The notes beneath the pieces are model-generated. The model saw only the letters and a list, made by a program, of their open reading frames with translations. It was not told where the DNA came from and did no database searches. A stretch of 64,000 nucleotides of DNA, from assembly GCA_964035545.1 (NCBI GenBank), contig OZ037770.1:8500973-8564972 (forward strand). The letters run 5' to 3'. The DNA comes from Bugula neritina (Eukaryota > Animalia > Bryozoa). Positions 1 to 13,189 of this stretch are shown here, in pieces; positions within the stretch are counted from its first letter, which is position 1, and each line of letters starts with the position of its first letter. The position numbers and the translations under genes are program-made.

Positions 1-3000
1 GGTATTTGAGGATTGCTTTACAATAACCAGCAAATTCTCTTCTGCCAGTGATGTAGTTTCTGCAGTCTTCGACACTTGATAGTGGTTTCTACACAGCAAC
101 ACTCCTGTGCCCCTTTATGCTACAACTTCGCTTCCCTTGTTTGCAATCATGACTTTATTCTTTGGTCGACCTTCATTGTTAATCTTCACTGCCTGACCTA
201 TTTCAATCAGCTTCTTTTTTTAGTTCAACGTTTGTTATTGTAATATTTTGCCTGTACTATGTATTGACTAACCTAGGAACTGCCGAAGTTGGCTCACATT
301 GATACTCTTATCCGGCATGACACCCATAGAGTTTAAAAGCCAACCAAACATGAGTTCAGCTATTGAATAGCTGTTGGTCAATAGCGTATCTTGGTATGCA
401 CACAACACAGCCAGCAAATTGACATTTTTTTCTCATCAAGTCCTTCACTGTATGGACAGCTCTCTCTGCTTAACTATTCGATTGGTGATATTTCAGAAAG
501 TTGATCATATGTTTAACATGCTATTTTGACAAAACATATTGAAATCTATCTGACACAAACTGTGGTTCATTATCACTGACTAACAAGTTAAAATCCTCTA
601 ACAAACAGAAAAGGGTCTCAAACTTGAACACTATAGCATTTGTGTTAGAGGAATCAACGAGTTCATTTGCAGTAACGTACTTACTATAGTTGTCAACCAC
701 CGCAAAAAATGATCTCCCATCTTAGAAAAGCAGGACAGCCGGCAAAAACGCCACCATAGTCTCCAAGGCCAAGAGGAACTAACCAAAGGCTCTAAAGCAT
801 TCAATCAAAACTTCCCACACTTGAAACAACTCTTCATTAGTGATCTAATATCGGCTGTCATCCCAGGCCTCTATACCACATCAACTGCCTTAAAATGCAT
901 TTAGTTTTTTCTGGTGAACATCATGTGTCTCCTTTAACATTCTGTCTCTTTAAACTTGCAAATATAAAAATAGTTGTCAAAATTACCACCCCTTGAACTG
1001 CCGTCAGATTGTCCCTGAATGAGTAAATCTGTTTTGGAGACATGCCAAAATTCTTTGTGCTAGGCTATCATTCTGTAAGATCTTTCAAGAAAATCCCAAC
1101 CTTATCCTCTGTCCAAATGGCAGGCTTGATGCAATCCAGACAAGTTAAAGCATCCATTAGCTCCTGTATCAGCAAAGGTTCTTCTTCAGCTTCCTGTGGC
1201 CCTGTACAAGAAGCCCTAGACAGGGCATTGGCTAGCACCAATTTCCTGCCAGGTGTAAAAACCACATTACAGTTTAAAGACATTCTCAATTTAAACCGTT
1301 GCACCTGGACAAGCTATTTGGCAAATTACTTTTTATCAAGATCTGAGAGCAGAGGCTTGTGTTCAACCTACATCATGAACTGAATACCTGCCAGAAAGTA
1401 GTGGAACTTCTTACAAACCCATTGCAAAGAAATGCCAACACCTCTGACAATCTGCTGGGTCTGTACATATTGTTTTTAGCCCCACTCAGAAACCTATACT
1501 CAAATGCCACAGGCTTCTAAACTCTATCCACTAGCTGCAGCAACGCCACCCCCAAGGCCAAGCGATAACAAGTGTGCACTGAGCATTGTCGCTCTGTGAA
1601 GACTGTATCGAACCATTGACTTCAGCCTTACAGACTTCGGGCATGCAAATTCTTTCTCTTGTTTTGGCTCCCAGTACCAGTCAGAACTTTTTCAAGCAAT
1701 TGACAGAGCTTCCCAAAAAGTTTTGTTTATATAGTTCACTATGCTGGAATGCGGCACAGTTTGTGCCAATTGCAAGAGATTGGAAACCATGTCAAAGTTA
1801 TTGTTTTTCCCTGGTCAACCTTTATACCATCAGGACCTATGGTATGAGCAAGAAACCTGATGTCAGTTTTTCTAAAGATTTTTACATTTCTCTGCATTAA
1901 CGTTTACTCCACTTTCTTAAACTTTCTCAAAGCTTTTTTTATAGCCAGTCATGATGCTCCTATTGGTTTCTTGCATAAATAAAAAAATCATCTATCTGAC
2001 ACATTACCCCAAGTGAGCCCATAAGCACTTTTCGCATTTTGTGTTGGGAAATCTCCGGGGCAGACGTTATACCAAAAGGCAGGCGCTTTCATCAATTCCT
2101 CCCAAAAGGTGTGATAGATGTGGTAAACTGGTACAAGTCAGGGTGCAGCTTTATCTTTCAATATCCACAATTGACATCCAACTTGCTGAGTATATGAGAT
2201 TTTTTGCTACTTTACTAGGTGTCTCATTAGACAGTTGTAGAAGATGGTATTCGTGCTTGACACCTTTATTCAGTTTGCTAACATTGACACAAACTCTTAT
2301 TTTTTATTCTTTCAGGTGCCACGACGCACAGAGAACACTATTCAGTGAGTCTTTCCACTTTTCTAATCACATCCAATTTTTCCATTCGGCAGAGCTCATC
2401 TTGCAGTGGGTGTTTTTTAGCCACTGCAACATGCCGGAGTACCGCTTGAACAAAAAGGATAGCATGCTTTTTTATCTGGATTCTCACTTTTGTAAGCATC
2501 ATTCCAAGCCCACGAAGCAAGTTGGGATAAACAATCTTCGCATCGTGGCTCTCACCATAATTAATAGACCCTTTCCCAAAGTCCAACTTCCTGAATTTTC
2601 ATCACATCGGCTGACCACTTTTAGTTTAATATTATTAGCACCTTCAAACTGTTGTAGATGGCTGTGCTTTGCTTTTGAGCAATGCAGGAAATTAGCAGGC
2701 AATACTGCAACTGCCGAACCTGTATCTATCTTGAATTTTACATAAACATCATTAGCATTGATATAAACTAATGGTTTTGGAGTTAATCACTCTTAATCAT
2801 AAAAATCACCGCCAAGAAAAAGCTTATCCATATCCTCACAGTCAACCTTTTCTGCCTTTGAGCTATTTTGACCACCTTTAAAAATTTTAATACAATATTT
2901 CTTACTCAAATGAATTTTACACTTGCATGTAAAACAAGTTGCATACTTTTGCAAGATCCATGAGCCTCCCAATCACAGAAGGAGCACTTGTCACCACTGT

Positions 3001-3125
3001 TCCCAATGGCTCTGCTTGATGCAGACAACTTTTTTCTTTTAATACTGTCTCTTCCAACATCGTCTAGATTATCATCAGAAGATGACATACCTATTTTCCA
3101 ACTCTGCTCATGATGACCCACTGAC
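1..3125 (-). mobile_element. Degenerate Ty3/Gypsy LTR retrotransposon internal region (gag knuckle, protease, RT, RNase H, integrase remnants)
   Basis: Minus-strand fragments: knuckle-like CSFCDWEAH (~2970), protease KIDTGSAV (~2705-2735), RNase H/linker RFKLRM...FTPGRKLVLANALSR (1068-1304), integrase LVVSDNEPQFVS (~550-590). Many stops and frameshifts. Boundaries approximate. Confidence 0.8.
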
Positions 3126-3597
3126 CTTGTGTGTAATGAACCAGTGCTCTAACCACTAGACCATAACTGCTACTTATCTTTTGATGCTATGAGATTGTGT
3201 AAATTGAAACTTGAAAAAATCAAAACGACAGAAAAATTCTTCAAATTTTGGCAGTGTATCACCTTATTTGTCATTGACGTCCAATAAGGTGAAAAAATGT
3301 TCACTCAACCACATAATTTTGACTGCCGTTCTATTCTATAAGCAACTGACAAGACTTTTTTAATTAAGCAGTGCTTGATACTGAATAAAATGCCTCTCTT
3401 TGAACATTTCAGCCAGGGATACTTTCAAAATTTGGCTGACATTTGACGTTTGGCCTCTATATGATCAACCAGGCCTTAAGAGATCTAGTCCTGCAACAAG
3501 TACTTGGTGACAAACTATGTATGAGTTCTGACATTATCATTCTAAAACAAAACTTGCGCAAGTTTACAGTCGCCATTCCTGTGATAAGCCTCGGTGT

Positions 3598-3870
3598 CCG
3601 GTAAAAATGGCATCGGTAATAACGGCACAAATGGCAAAGTAAATAAAAAATGGTGCATTTTCAATATTAGGGTTTTGAGGCGTGGTTTGGGGGTTTGGAA
3701 TGAGAGGTTTAAGCTTAGGGATGAAATTTGAGTTTGAGATTTGGGTTTAAGGGTTTGGGGCTTGAGAAAATTCAACATCAGTGCGCCATTTTTACCTACT
3801 TTTCCATTTGTGCCCTTATTACCTGTGACATTTTTCCTGTGTCATTTTTATCTGTTCCATTTTTACCTAA
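3598..3870. mobile_element. Non-autonomous element with subterminal inverted repeats (MITE/Helentron-like)
   Basis: ggtaataacggcacaaatggcaaagt...aaaaatggtgca (~3615-3658) is inverted-complementary to gcgccatttttacctacttttccatttgtgcccttattacc (~3783-3823). The core is a GGGTTT-like simple repeat. Confidence 0.5.
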
Positions 3871-3879
3871 AATTGATAA

Positions 3880-4058
3880 ATCCCTGATGGAAAGTTTTTT
3901 TTGTTAAATCAGGCTAAGGACTTATTCAGCAAGGGCACAAGAGCAAGTAGGACAATATACTCTTCCTAACATCACTAATCACCTTTGTCGGAGTTGAAAC
4001 TTATTACTTCGTGTTTTACTAGGCAAAAGCTCTAACCCCTAGACCATAGCTGCTCTCT
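3880..4058 (-). mobile_element. tRNA-derived SINE copy
   Basis: Minus strand reads gagcagctatggtctaggggttagagc...gtttcaactcc...gtgatgttaggaagag...gctgaataagtccttagc. Same family as 46135-46350. Confidence 0.6.
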
Positions 4059-4337
4059 AACATTATTAATATATAAATATTAGCTTTTTTGAAAAGCGTT
4101 TTGGTGAGCCTGGTTAATGCAAAGAGTTTTATAGTTTATTGGAAATTAAAATCTGTAAGACCACTGCTGCTAAAGATAATTTGCTGCACATCACCACAGC
4201 ATTTAATAGGACCATTTTAAAATTTACAATATTATTTCTGCATGGATTTTATTAAAGCAAATGCTTGTAGCTACTAGAGTTAGCAAATAAATAAATATTT
4301 AGATTCTATATGTCTTATGAGAACTCCTGTTACTTAC

Positions 4338-6111
4338 CCTATAGTGATTTTTTAGATGGGATTTATCAAACTCTTTTGTGCCACTCCATTCATGGTAGTA
4401 CTTGCTCTTCATGCCTAATTTGAACAAATGTTCAGCTGTAATGTGTGTGATGTAGCTCTTGCCAATGCCAGTCAATCCATGGAATGATATTGCTAATGGC
4501 TTCTTTGATGGGTTGTTCAGATGGCCGGGGATCATGCGAGAGACTACCTTTATCGCTATGTGTTGGCCATACAGTCGTTTTTCTAAGTCTTTGGCAAATC
4601 CTGCAACAAAATATACACCATTCCCTCTGCTCCAATCAAAAGTCTCATTAAACTGCTGCACTAGTGTGTAATGTATAATAAAATTTAACGATATATTTTA
4701 TCAGCTCAGTAATAGGTCGTACTCTAAATAGCAATTTGACCCTGTAGTGATAAGTTAGTAAATGAAAGCTGTGGTGTGGTAATTCTCCAGTATCCTATAT
4801 TATGAAATGGTTAGCTTAGCAAATTAAAACTTGCAAGTTACAGGTGTGAGGTTCAATTCTCAGTGAAGGGCAGCTATTTTACAAAATCACAACTAAATAA
4901 GTTAAAAATTGAGTTTGTACAATAACATCACAAGCTCTGTAGTTAGCGCTGCTACTTATAGTAAACAAAGATGCTGTTATAAATTTACACGACATTCGAT
5001 ATAATTTTCTACGTTGCTCACTAGGTATGTTATTGTTTTAAAAATGGTTAGTTCAATAAGCCATAAGTCTACATCTAGCAGCTTGCTTTTAACTTTTTTG
5101 AAACAATACTGCCAAGTTTGTAGATAGGCTTCAGCATTTCTGAATAGGTAGAGTATTTTTACATAATTATATGTATTATATGTTATAAAAAGGCATTAGT
5201 CATGGAATCGTAATAGTGTAATGATTGTGTAAGGAGTCATCTGTATGCATCGAAAGGACAACTCTTCTGCTACTTCTCTATTATTGTAAAGTGTAGCATT
5301 TCTTCCATACTCGGCCTGACAGTACTTTCTACGCTACTAACGTACGCTGTGAACAAAGGCAGGATTAGTTAATTAGAGCTACTAGCTAGCGCGCTTAAAT
5401 AGCCGGCAGTCAGGCAGTGGATTAGCTAGTAATCAGTTGTGTACGCTTTGTCTGTAATTATGTAACGTGTTTATCAGCGGATGTGTAGTTTTACTTGTGT
5501 ATCTTTGTAATAAATAAATGCATAATAATCTACTTTGACTGGGCAGTTCTGCATTACTTTAAATACCCAGCAATTAGTAAATGTACAGTTTCACAACAAT
5601 AGTAATTTCTTCTTGAACAATATTCAATAGTGCTGGGCAAGTCATCGCTACACAACAGGGTTTTATACAAAAATAAAAGTCTCATCGACAGTTTTGTCAT
5701 GTTCATAAATATCTTGAACCATTTTTGTAAAAACTGAAAAAGGTTACTCATGAATCTAAGAGTTAGAAAACAAGAGCCTCAAAACTGTTTGTCGTGTTTT
5801 GTGTATTGAACTAGTTTATTGATCTAGTATTCAATAAAGGTTGAGCTCAGGACATGAGTATGTTCCTATTCAAACAAGTAAAACAGCTTTCACAACTGAT
5901 AGATCACCCCTTGAAATAATATACTTGATTTTTCTTAAATTACCTTTAATAGATAGTTAAGTATACCTGTTAGAGAGAGGTTGATCCACTTGCTGGTGTC
6001 ACATGACTCTGCTTCTTTTGGCAAGTTGCAATAGATTAGCGCTATAAGTGAAACAACTACAAGTGGAACAACTACGATTCCACAAACCAACCTTAAATTG
6101 TTGTCAGCCAT
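4338..6111 (-). CDS. Torsin-family AAA+ ATPase, paralog A (only exons 1-2 visible: 6111-5967, 4600-4338)
   Basis: Exon 1 encodes hydrophobic leader MADNNLRLVCGIVVVPLVVVSLIALIYC...ESC...WI. Exon 2 encodes LYGQHIA...KPLAISFHGLTGIGKSY (torsin Walker A region). GT-AG sites are in consistent phase. Downstream exons are not seen before the Gypsy relic, so they are outside the window or lost. Confidence 0.8.
5217..5598. mobile_element. Solo LTR (Gypsy-type) in torsin A intron 1
   Basis: TG...CA termini, 4-bp TSD ATAG (5213-5216 / 5599-5602), internal AATAAA. Absent from the paralogous intron at ~29100. Confidence 0.75.
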
Positions 6112-7602
6112 TTTAATCTACAGTCTGCACCCTTCTAAAGCGCAATAATTTTGGTTTATCGGTGTAGCAATTGGAAGCAGACGGTGCAATCTTTTAAGAA
6201 GAGGTAAACAGCGTTACGCCTCCCCCACGATGCAAACAAGTGCTGATTGTTGATAAGCAAAAGGTCAATCAGGAGTTACCATGGGATACCCATGATTGGC
6301 TGCTGCTTATCTCCTTTAATTACAGCTTCAAACTTCTAATGTAATTATTATTCCACAGGGTAACAAAAGATGAACGGAGATTGGATATCATGTAATATGC
6401 TGACGTCTATTTAAAATTTATAAGAAATCAAGTTTGTAAAATATAATCACAAGCTCTGTAGTTAAAGCTGCTATGCATAGTAAAATAGATGCTGTCAAAA
6501 ATGTATATGCTGTTTAGAATTATAATTTATTGAAATAATTTTTAATTTATTGAGGTAGCTTCATGTTTTTGCATCTAAATATGGTTGACCTCAGGACATG
6601 ACATATTATTTTACCAATGAATAAGAGAGCCTAAACTACTTTTCTGCTTGTACCTTAATTACCTCTAACTTTGTAGTGATGTGCTTGTTATTAAGAAGTT
6701 GTTTTACCGCAACTGCTGCAGCTATTCAAAAAAAGATAAACGTAATATAAGCTTCACCCCAAATGCAAACAAGCTGATTGCTGATAAACAGCAATAATCA
6801 GTAATTGAGGTAGCCCCTGATTATTTACTTGCCTATCCCTCTTACAGTTTAGGCAATAAATGCCTGCAGAATTGGAGGCAAAGGTTGAACAAACATGCAC
6901 TGGACGTTGACCTATTATCTTGACTTTATGTGAAAAGGTAAAAAAACCAGTCCAATTTTACTGGAATTAAAACAATAAGATGTTATGCCAAGAGATGCTT
7001 GTGCAGGAAGAGTGTCAAAGAGTAGCAATTGAAAATTTCTTTATATTTCTCTCACTATATGAAATGGCTTTACATTGCGCTCACTGTATGAAATGGCTTT
7101 ACATTGTGCTCACTGTATGAAATGGCTAACTATAGCTTAGAATTTTCAGTTCTTCCAGTGTAAACATTTAGTACAGTCTGACAATTAATAAGCTTCAGAG
7201 TGTTTGTAGAGTTGAATGTATTAAGTTGAGTTCTAAGTCAAATATCTTAAAACGCAGTTTAGCAGTTTAAGGGTGAAGATTTTAAAGCATGATATTTGTT
7301 TTGGCTGTTACAATGTTTATAAATAAAATATATGAGATGACTAGTTGACTATGTCAAATATATAAATTATTATACACAATAAATTTTTTATTCGATTTTT
7401 TATTGCAAAAGATTTTACAAATTACTGTTATAAAGGCTAAAAGCCTTTTTCATATTAGCATAAATTTTTATGAGTTTGAATTCAAAACTAAATCTAAAAT
7501 AATATATATTAAAAAAGCATAATATATAAAACATCAAATAAAATCAAAATTGCAAAAAGCATCTAAATCTACCCTTTAGGAAGTGAAAGTATCACTCACA
7601 TA

Positions 7603-8131
7603 TCAACATTTCACATCCCCTAAAAACATTATTTGTTCTTGAACCAACTTACAGCCCTGCTTGTAATATGTGGTGCCATTCTTTTGGTAATCATTCAGTC
7701 TACTCAATATTTTCTCGACATGTCTTTTAAAACGCGAAGGTTTTTCACACTTATCTTTGGAGTACCCCGCAAATGTCATGCTATCATAAACACATAGCTC
7801 AACATGTTCCTGGGCAAGTGGTAGAAACGGCACAAACTCGTCTATTCTGATATCGTTTGTTTTTGAAGGGTTTTTGAGACCACCTGTAAGGTTATAAATT
7901 CATAGCAATATCAAAATAAAATAATTGAAATTATGTTTTTATGGTGTACACTAGCAAAAAATGATTATCACACACACACGCACACACACACACATACATA
8001 CACACACACATACACATATGCACACATACACACATACACACATACACACATACACACATACACATACACACATACACACATACACACATACACACATACA
8101 CACACACAAACATACACACGCACAAACATAC

Positions 8132-8218
<87 letters not shown>

Positions 8219-11124
8219 CATACACACATGCACACACATACACATAAGCACACATGCACACATGCACACATACACACATACACACACATATACATGCACA
8301 CACACATGCATACATACACACATACACACACACACGCACGCACATACACACGCACACACGCACACACGCACAAACACATACATACACGCACACGCGCGCA
8401 CACACATGCACACACACACACACACACGCGCGCACACACATGCACACACACACACACACGCAGATACACAATCTACTAGGAGCTAGAATTTTATAAAAAG
8501 TACAAAGCTTAAAAAGGTACAGTATGTGATATAAAATAAAACGACCCAAATAACTATTAGGAAACAAGTCTTAATGAAATAAGACTTGTAGCACAAGTTA
8601 ACCTAAGCAGTCAACTACACGTCAACATAAGTCATGCACTTTGGTTAAACTGTTTATATTCACTGTATGTATAGTTGTAAAACCTTTGAAATATATGTCT
8701 TCCTCCAGTTCTTTTCGAAAGTTGCTAAGATTCAGCTTCTTTCTGCTGTGCCTAGAGGTTATGTCCTTGATTTTAGATGAACCATCATTGCTATTGAAAA
8801 AACATATCAACACAATATACACTGTGAACAAATACAATTTTGACTTGACTTCAGCACTGTCACCTTATCATTGCAGATTTCCCATATGAAATTTGCTATA
8901 CACAGTTATTCATGAAGTAATGTAATACAGGTATATTATGAATTAGGATTTGGATCACATAGCGCGATATATATTTTGATGGGCTAAATTTAGTTTTTCT
9001 CTCCTGTTGTGTAACTATTATTATAAAAGATAAATAAGTCTGTGGGAGTGGCAAGATAGTAAATGCTGTACCATGACTGCAACCAGTTTATTTGCATCAA
9101 TTTTGAGATTATGAACAATGTATCTCATCCCTGTATTCTACATACACAGATGATAGATTACAAGTTATTCCAGCCTTTACACTACATTCAGCACTACCTA
9201 TAAGCATAGCTCACTTAGATGGAGTAGCAGAAAAACTTTTAATAGCTCAAGATCTATAATTTTCTCAATAAACTTTGGTTAGCGACACAGGCTAAAATTC
9301 TTTGTTTGAACATTACTTCTTTTTTCAACAATATTACTTCTCTTGCTACATTTCTAATCTACAACACATTACTGCACCTACCTCACGTAGCTATGCTATG
9401 TGAGTCAATTCTATTTGTCTACATAACACCAAGCCAAAACACCAAAAACATACAATTCATTATCACAGATACGCCTTCTGTCAATCAATTTCATATATTA
9501 CGTTATGAAGATGTAAATGGCTTTGCTGTAATCAGCACTCTTGCCACCAGGACTGGAAGAAATGTAGGGTTGAAGAACGTTGAGTAGTCCGTCAGGCATC
9601 TCGTCAACTTCATCAAACACAAACAGCTGATGAGGGCACACGCTGATGTTTGTGCTCACCCAATCTTCAATCTGCTTCTACCAATCAAAATAATCATTTG
9701 CTGGTTACCATTTTAGTTTGACTGATCAAGACCTTACAACTAAAATAGAATAAATTTGTAACTCTGAAACTATAAAGGAAGTCCTGACTATGCAAGCTGT
9801 TGCATTTTTGGCTGAAATTGGATTCGCGTACTTTAATGGTTTTTTTCGTGACAGTCCGCAAATGTAAATTAACTAAAATACTAGGGAAATCATAGGAAAT
9901 CAAGCAAAATTAAAAAGAACCTTGATTATTGAGTTGTATTTATTGATATTTTATTAATTTTGTGCAAAATCCTATATATATTAGCAGGTAAATTACGAAA
10001 AATAGCTAAAACTGAAGATTTTGAGTGTGTACTAAATTAAGTAAAATTACCCCTTAATGTTTTGAAATGTAAAGATCACAAAACATCTAATTTCTCCCCG
10101 TAATCGTAAGTTTGCAAAAATGTCAACTAATAAAACAATCAGCAGCAAGTATTAAATGTTAATTCACTTAAATGATAATTGAGGTTTCAAAAACATTCTT
10201 CATAGGGCTAATGACATAGTAAGGAGTCACAATCAAAGTGATTTCGATACTAACTAGGAAGGGTAGACTTAAAGTAAAAAATACCTGGTAGTGATTTATT
10301 TTTTCAACATCAGTAAATAGAGTGGCTCCACTCCAGAAATGAGCGAATCTGCTTTCTTTACCAAGTCTAAATACAGCCTCTGCAACCTTCCGACTAGCAT
10401 AACTCTTGCCAACCCCAGTAGGTCCCTGAAACGTTAGGGTAAGTGGTTGCGTTGACTTGTTAAGATGGTTGCCAATCAGTTCAGCAATTGTTGCCGTGGC
10501 TATGTGCTGACCATATATGGTAGACTGAAGATGTTGGTAGAAATCTACAGAACACAGAGTACTGATAGGTGCAAAAAGAGCTTCCTAACAAGCAGAGTTA
10601 ATTAAAAGGCAGCAATAAACAAGTTGAATTCAAATTTGAGCAATGTTGCCTGGCTAAATTATACAAAGAAAACAATAATTATTAACATGCTACCAATATA
10701 CTACAACTATAATATTGTTTTAATATTATTTTAAATTATGAAGATACATTTTTTCAACATGTGAATTTTACTATTCCAATTACATAAATGAATGCATTTA
10801 GCATATTCATACTTTATATGTCAATACATGCCAGGAGATAGCTACAATATTATGTATGCAGTATAATAAGTATTAATGCAGCTATTGATTCTTCTTGTAT
10901 ACTTATTATCAATAACAAATTTTCCATATAAGCTATTGAATTGATAATAAAGTGTTTAATAATGTATATAAAGAGTAAGATAGCTATATCATCACCATAC
11001 CTGGAGTTTCTTTATTTATCCATCTTAGCTGCTGAGGAAGAAATGCTAGTATGCAGTGCTCATAACTTCGCAAGCAGTACACAATATATGCTATCACCAC
11101 TATAATTACAGCACCAACCCTCAT
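7603..11124 (-). CDS. Torsin-family AAA+ ATPase, paralog B, complete 5-exon model (11124-11001, 10544-10285, 9677-9502, 8790-8684, 7883-7603), ~315 aa
   Basis: Hydrophobic N-terminus; IYGQHIA; Walker A FQGPTGVGKSY; Walker B CPHQLFVFDEVDEM; sensor-1 IFITNDG; FVPFLPL...HV.LC; sensor-2 GCK. All intron phases are consistent. Confidence 0.88.
7969..8462. repeat. Imperfect (CA)n microsatellite
   Basis: Direct inspection. Lies in intron 4 of torsin B. Confidence 0.97.
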
Positions 11125-12255
11125 TGCGCCGCTCTATGCAATAATATACTTATGCACGCATGTCAGTCATCAGTCTCTATGTAATTTACATGTAATGGGC
11201 TATGTCTGTTATCTGCAGGTACTTGATCATTACAACTCAAAAGTCCAAACTCTGACATGTTAGATTTTGCAGTGTATAGACAAGGGGAGATAACACCATA
11301 TAAAAGGTGCACTACCTTGTGTTAGTTATTAGCCATGTTATGTCTTAATAGCACTGCTACTCATAAAAACCAACATGTGAGTATTCATATAATCGTATGG
11401 AAACAATGTTTGTTATGCCCACAGCCAACCATTTGCCTCATGGGCTCAAACCTACCTTCTATTAACAATTTGCTTTAGCTGATAAAAAATGGAAAAGACT
11501 ACATAGTTGGCTATAAGCAGTGCTCTTAATGCTGAAAAATACTTTGAATTATCATTGGAACTTCCGTCAACATATATAACAAAGTTGGGAGATGAGAAAT
11601 AAGAGAAGGGAGTGAAAGATATCAGGTAGGAAAGAAGGAAACTGTAGGAAAGTAGATGTAGGGTGAGGATAGATATTGTACTTGCAGCAGCTTTGAAAGA
11701 TTTTTCCCTTACAAGTAAATATCATGGTTGCCACCAACACAAGGGCTTTACTTTCACAGTTTGTTTTACTACATTTGAGCAATTATAGCCTGCTCACCTA
11801 AATGATATTGAACAAAATTTTATCATCATAAGGGTGTACCAGTAAACCTCTCCAATGCTGAGATAAGGTGGGTCCCTAGCTATGACAGTATAACTTATCA
11901 GTACATTGCCAGTATCTCTAACAGTAGGCTACTAGCTGGTGTTTATAAGAAGCTCTGTTAATTTAATTTTGCATTAGAATGTTCATTCTGTTACTGATAT
12001 AAATTATGCAGATAGTGGGCAGCTACAATGTGGTTGCTGTACAAACATCAAAGCAAGATAATATTTACTCTAATATCCATAGGTTATGCAGTGTAGGTAG
12101 TGAAACTCAACATTTTTTGTTTTCCTAATAATATAAAAAAAACTATTAGATTCATATTATTGTTAAAACAGCAGTTCCTGTAATCAATATATGAGCTCAA
12201 AATCCTATGTAAGGGAAAGGTAGTGCATGAATAACTTTTTCCAATTCATTTCTTG

Positions 12256-13140
12256 CTAACCAAATAGGCACCTGCAAAGTAAATACTAAGCTTAGAATAA
12301 AATACAAAATAAGCACAACGTGTTGCTATACAATTACACTTCATAGACTTATAAATAAGAACAATGTGTAATTGATGTTTACCTAGTGTCGTCAGGGTGA
12401 CAGCCTCTGATGATGTCACTTCCTGAAGAAGGATTGTAGATACAACACAGTATATACATTATATTAGCCACATGCATCTACATATTATTAACTTGTTTAA
12501 ATAACTTTGCAAAATGTAGTTATGGGCTTTGAGCCTTCTGTTACCATATTTACCGGCATACAGCATTCTTAGCTTGAAAACTCAATTTACTTATCGCTGT
12601 CTGGGTGGCAACTGTAGTCTGGTTTCTTCAGATTTGCTTGCATGAATCCAGGGGCATAAAGGATGACAGCTTGCAGTGCTACATCTAGCAAGGTCGAATC
12701 TACCAGCAGGTAATTAATGATCACGTATATATAATGCTAATAATCATTAGATGCAATAAAGACTATGGTATTATGATAGCATTATTGATCATAAAATCTA
12801 AGGGAGAGAACTCTACCGCTTAGAGATAGCCATGAAAAAGTAGCTTAAATTGTATTATGGAACAGAGCAATTTGCTCACTTCACCATCTAAGAATTTTAG
12901 ATCCTCTATGAACAGTTATTATACTGAGGTGAAGTAAAACCAATGTATGCTATCCATACTATATTTAGGCCTGTAAACCTTATAATACTCTATTGTTGTA
13001 ATAGAGTTTCGATTATATTATGTTGAAATTAACTACTTTGATCATTATCTGCCTACATTGTAAGATAATGTATCACATTTGCTGTGGAATTGTCTCTTCG
13101 CAAATACTTGTATGTGGGATTGCAATTCCCGTAAATCTCG
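12256..13140 (-). pseudogene. Pseudogene copy of the secreted cysteine-rich modular peptide gene
   Basis: Paralog of 33225-35370. The FDLARC exon (~12591-12699) has a 1-nt frameshift. The next exon has its acceptor AG changed to AT plus an internal deletion. Middle modules and the signal-peptide exon are missing. Confidence 0.75.
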
Positions 13141-13189
13141 TGTTTTTAAAAAATAGTAATAGTACTAGTAATAGTATGGTAATAGTAAT

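Noticed and set aside
3666-3760. Interstitial telomeric repeat
   Set aside because: Only scattered ttaggg/gggttt words inside an inverted-repeat element, not a tandem array.
7931-8567. His/Thr- and Cys/Val-rich ORFs
   Set aside because: Translations of a (CA)n microsatellite inside a torsin intron.
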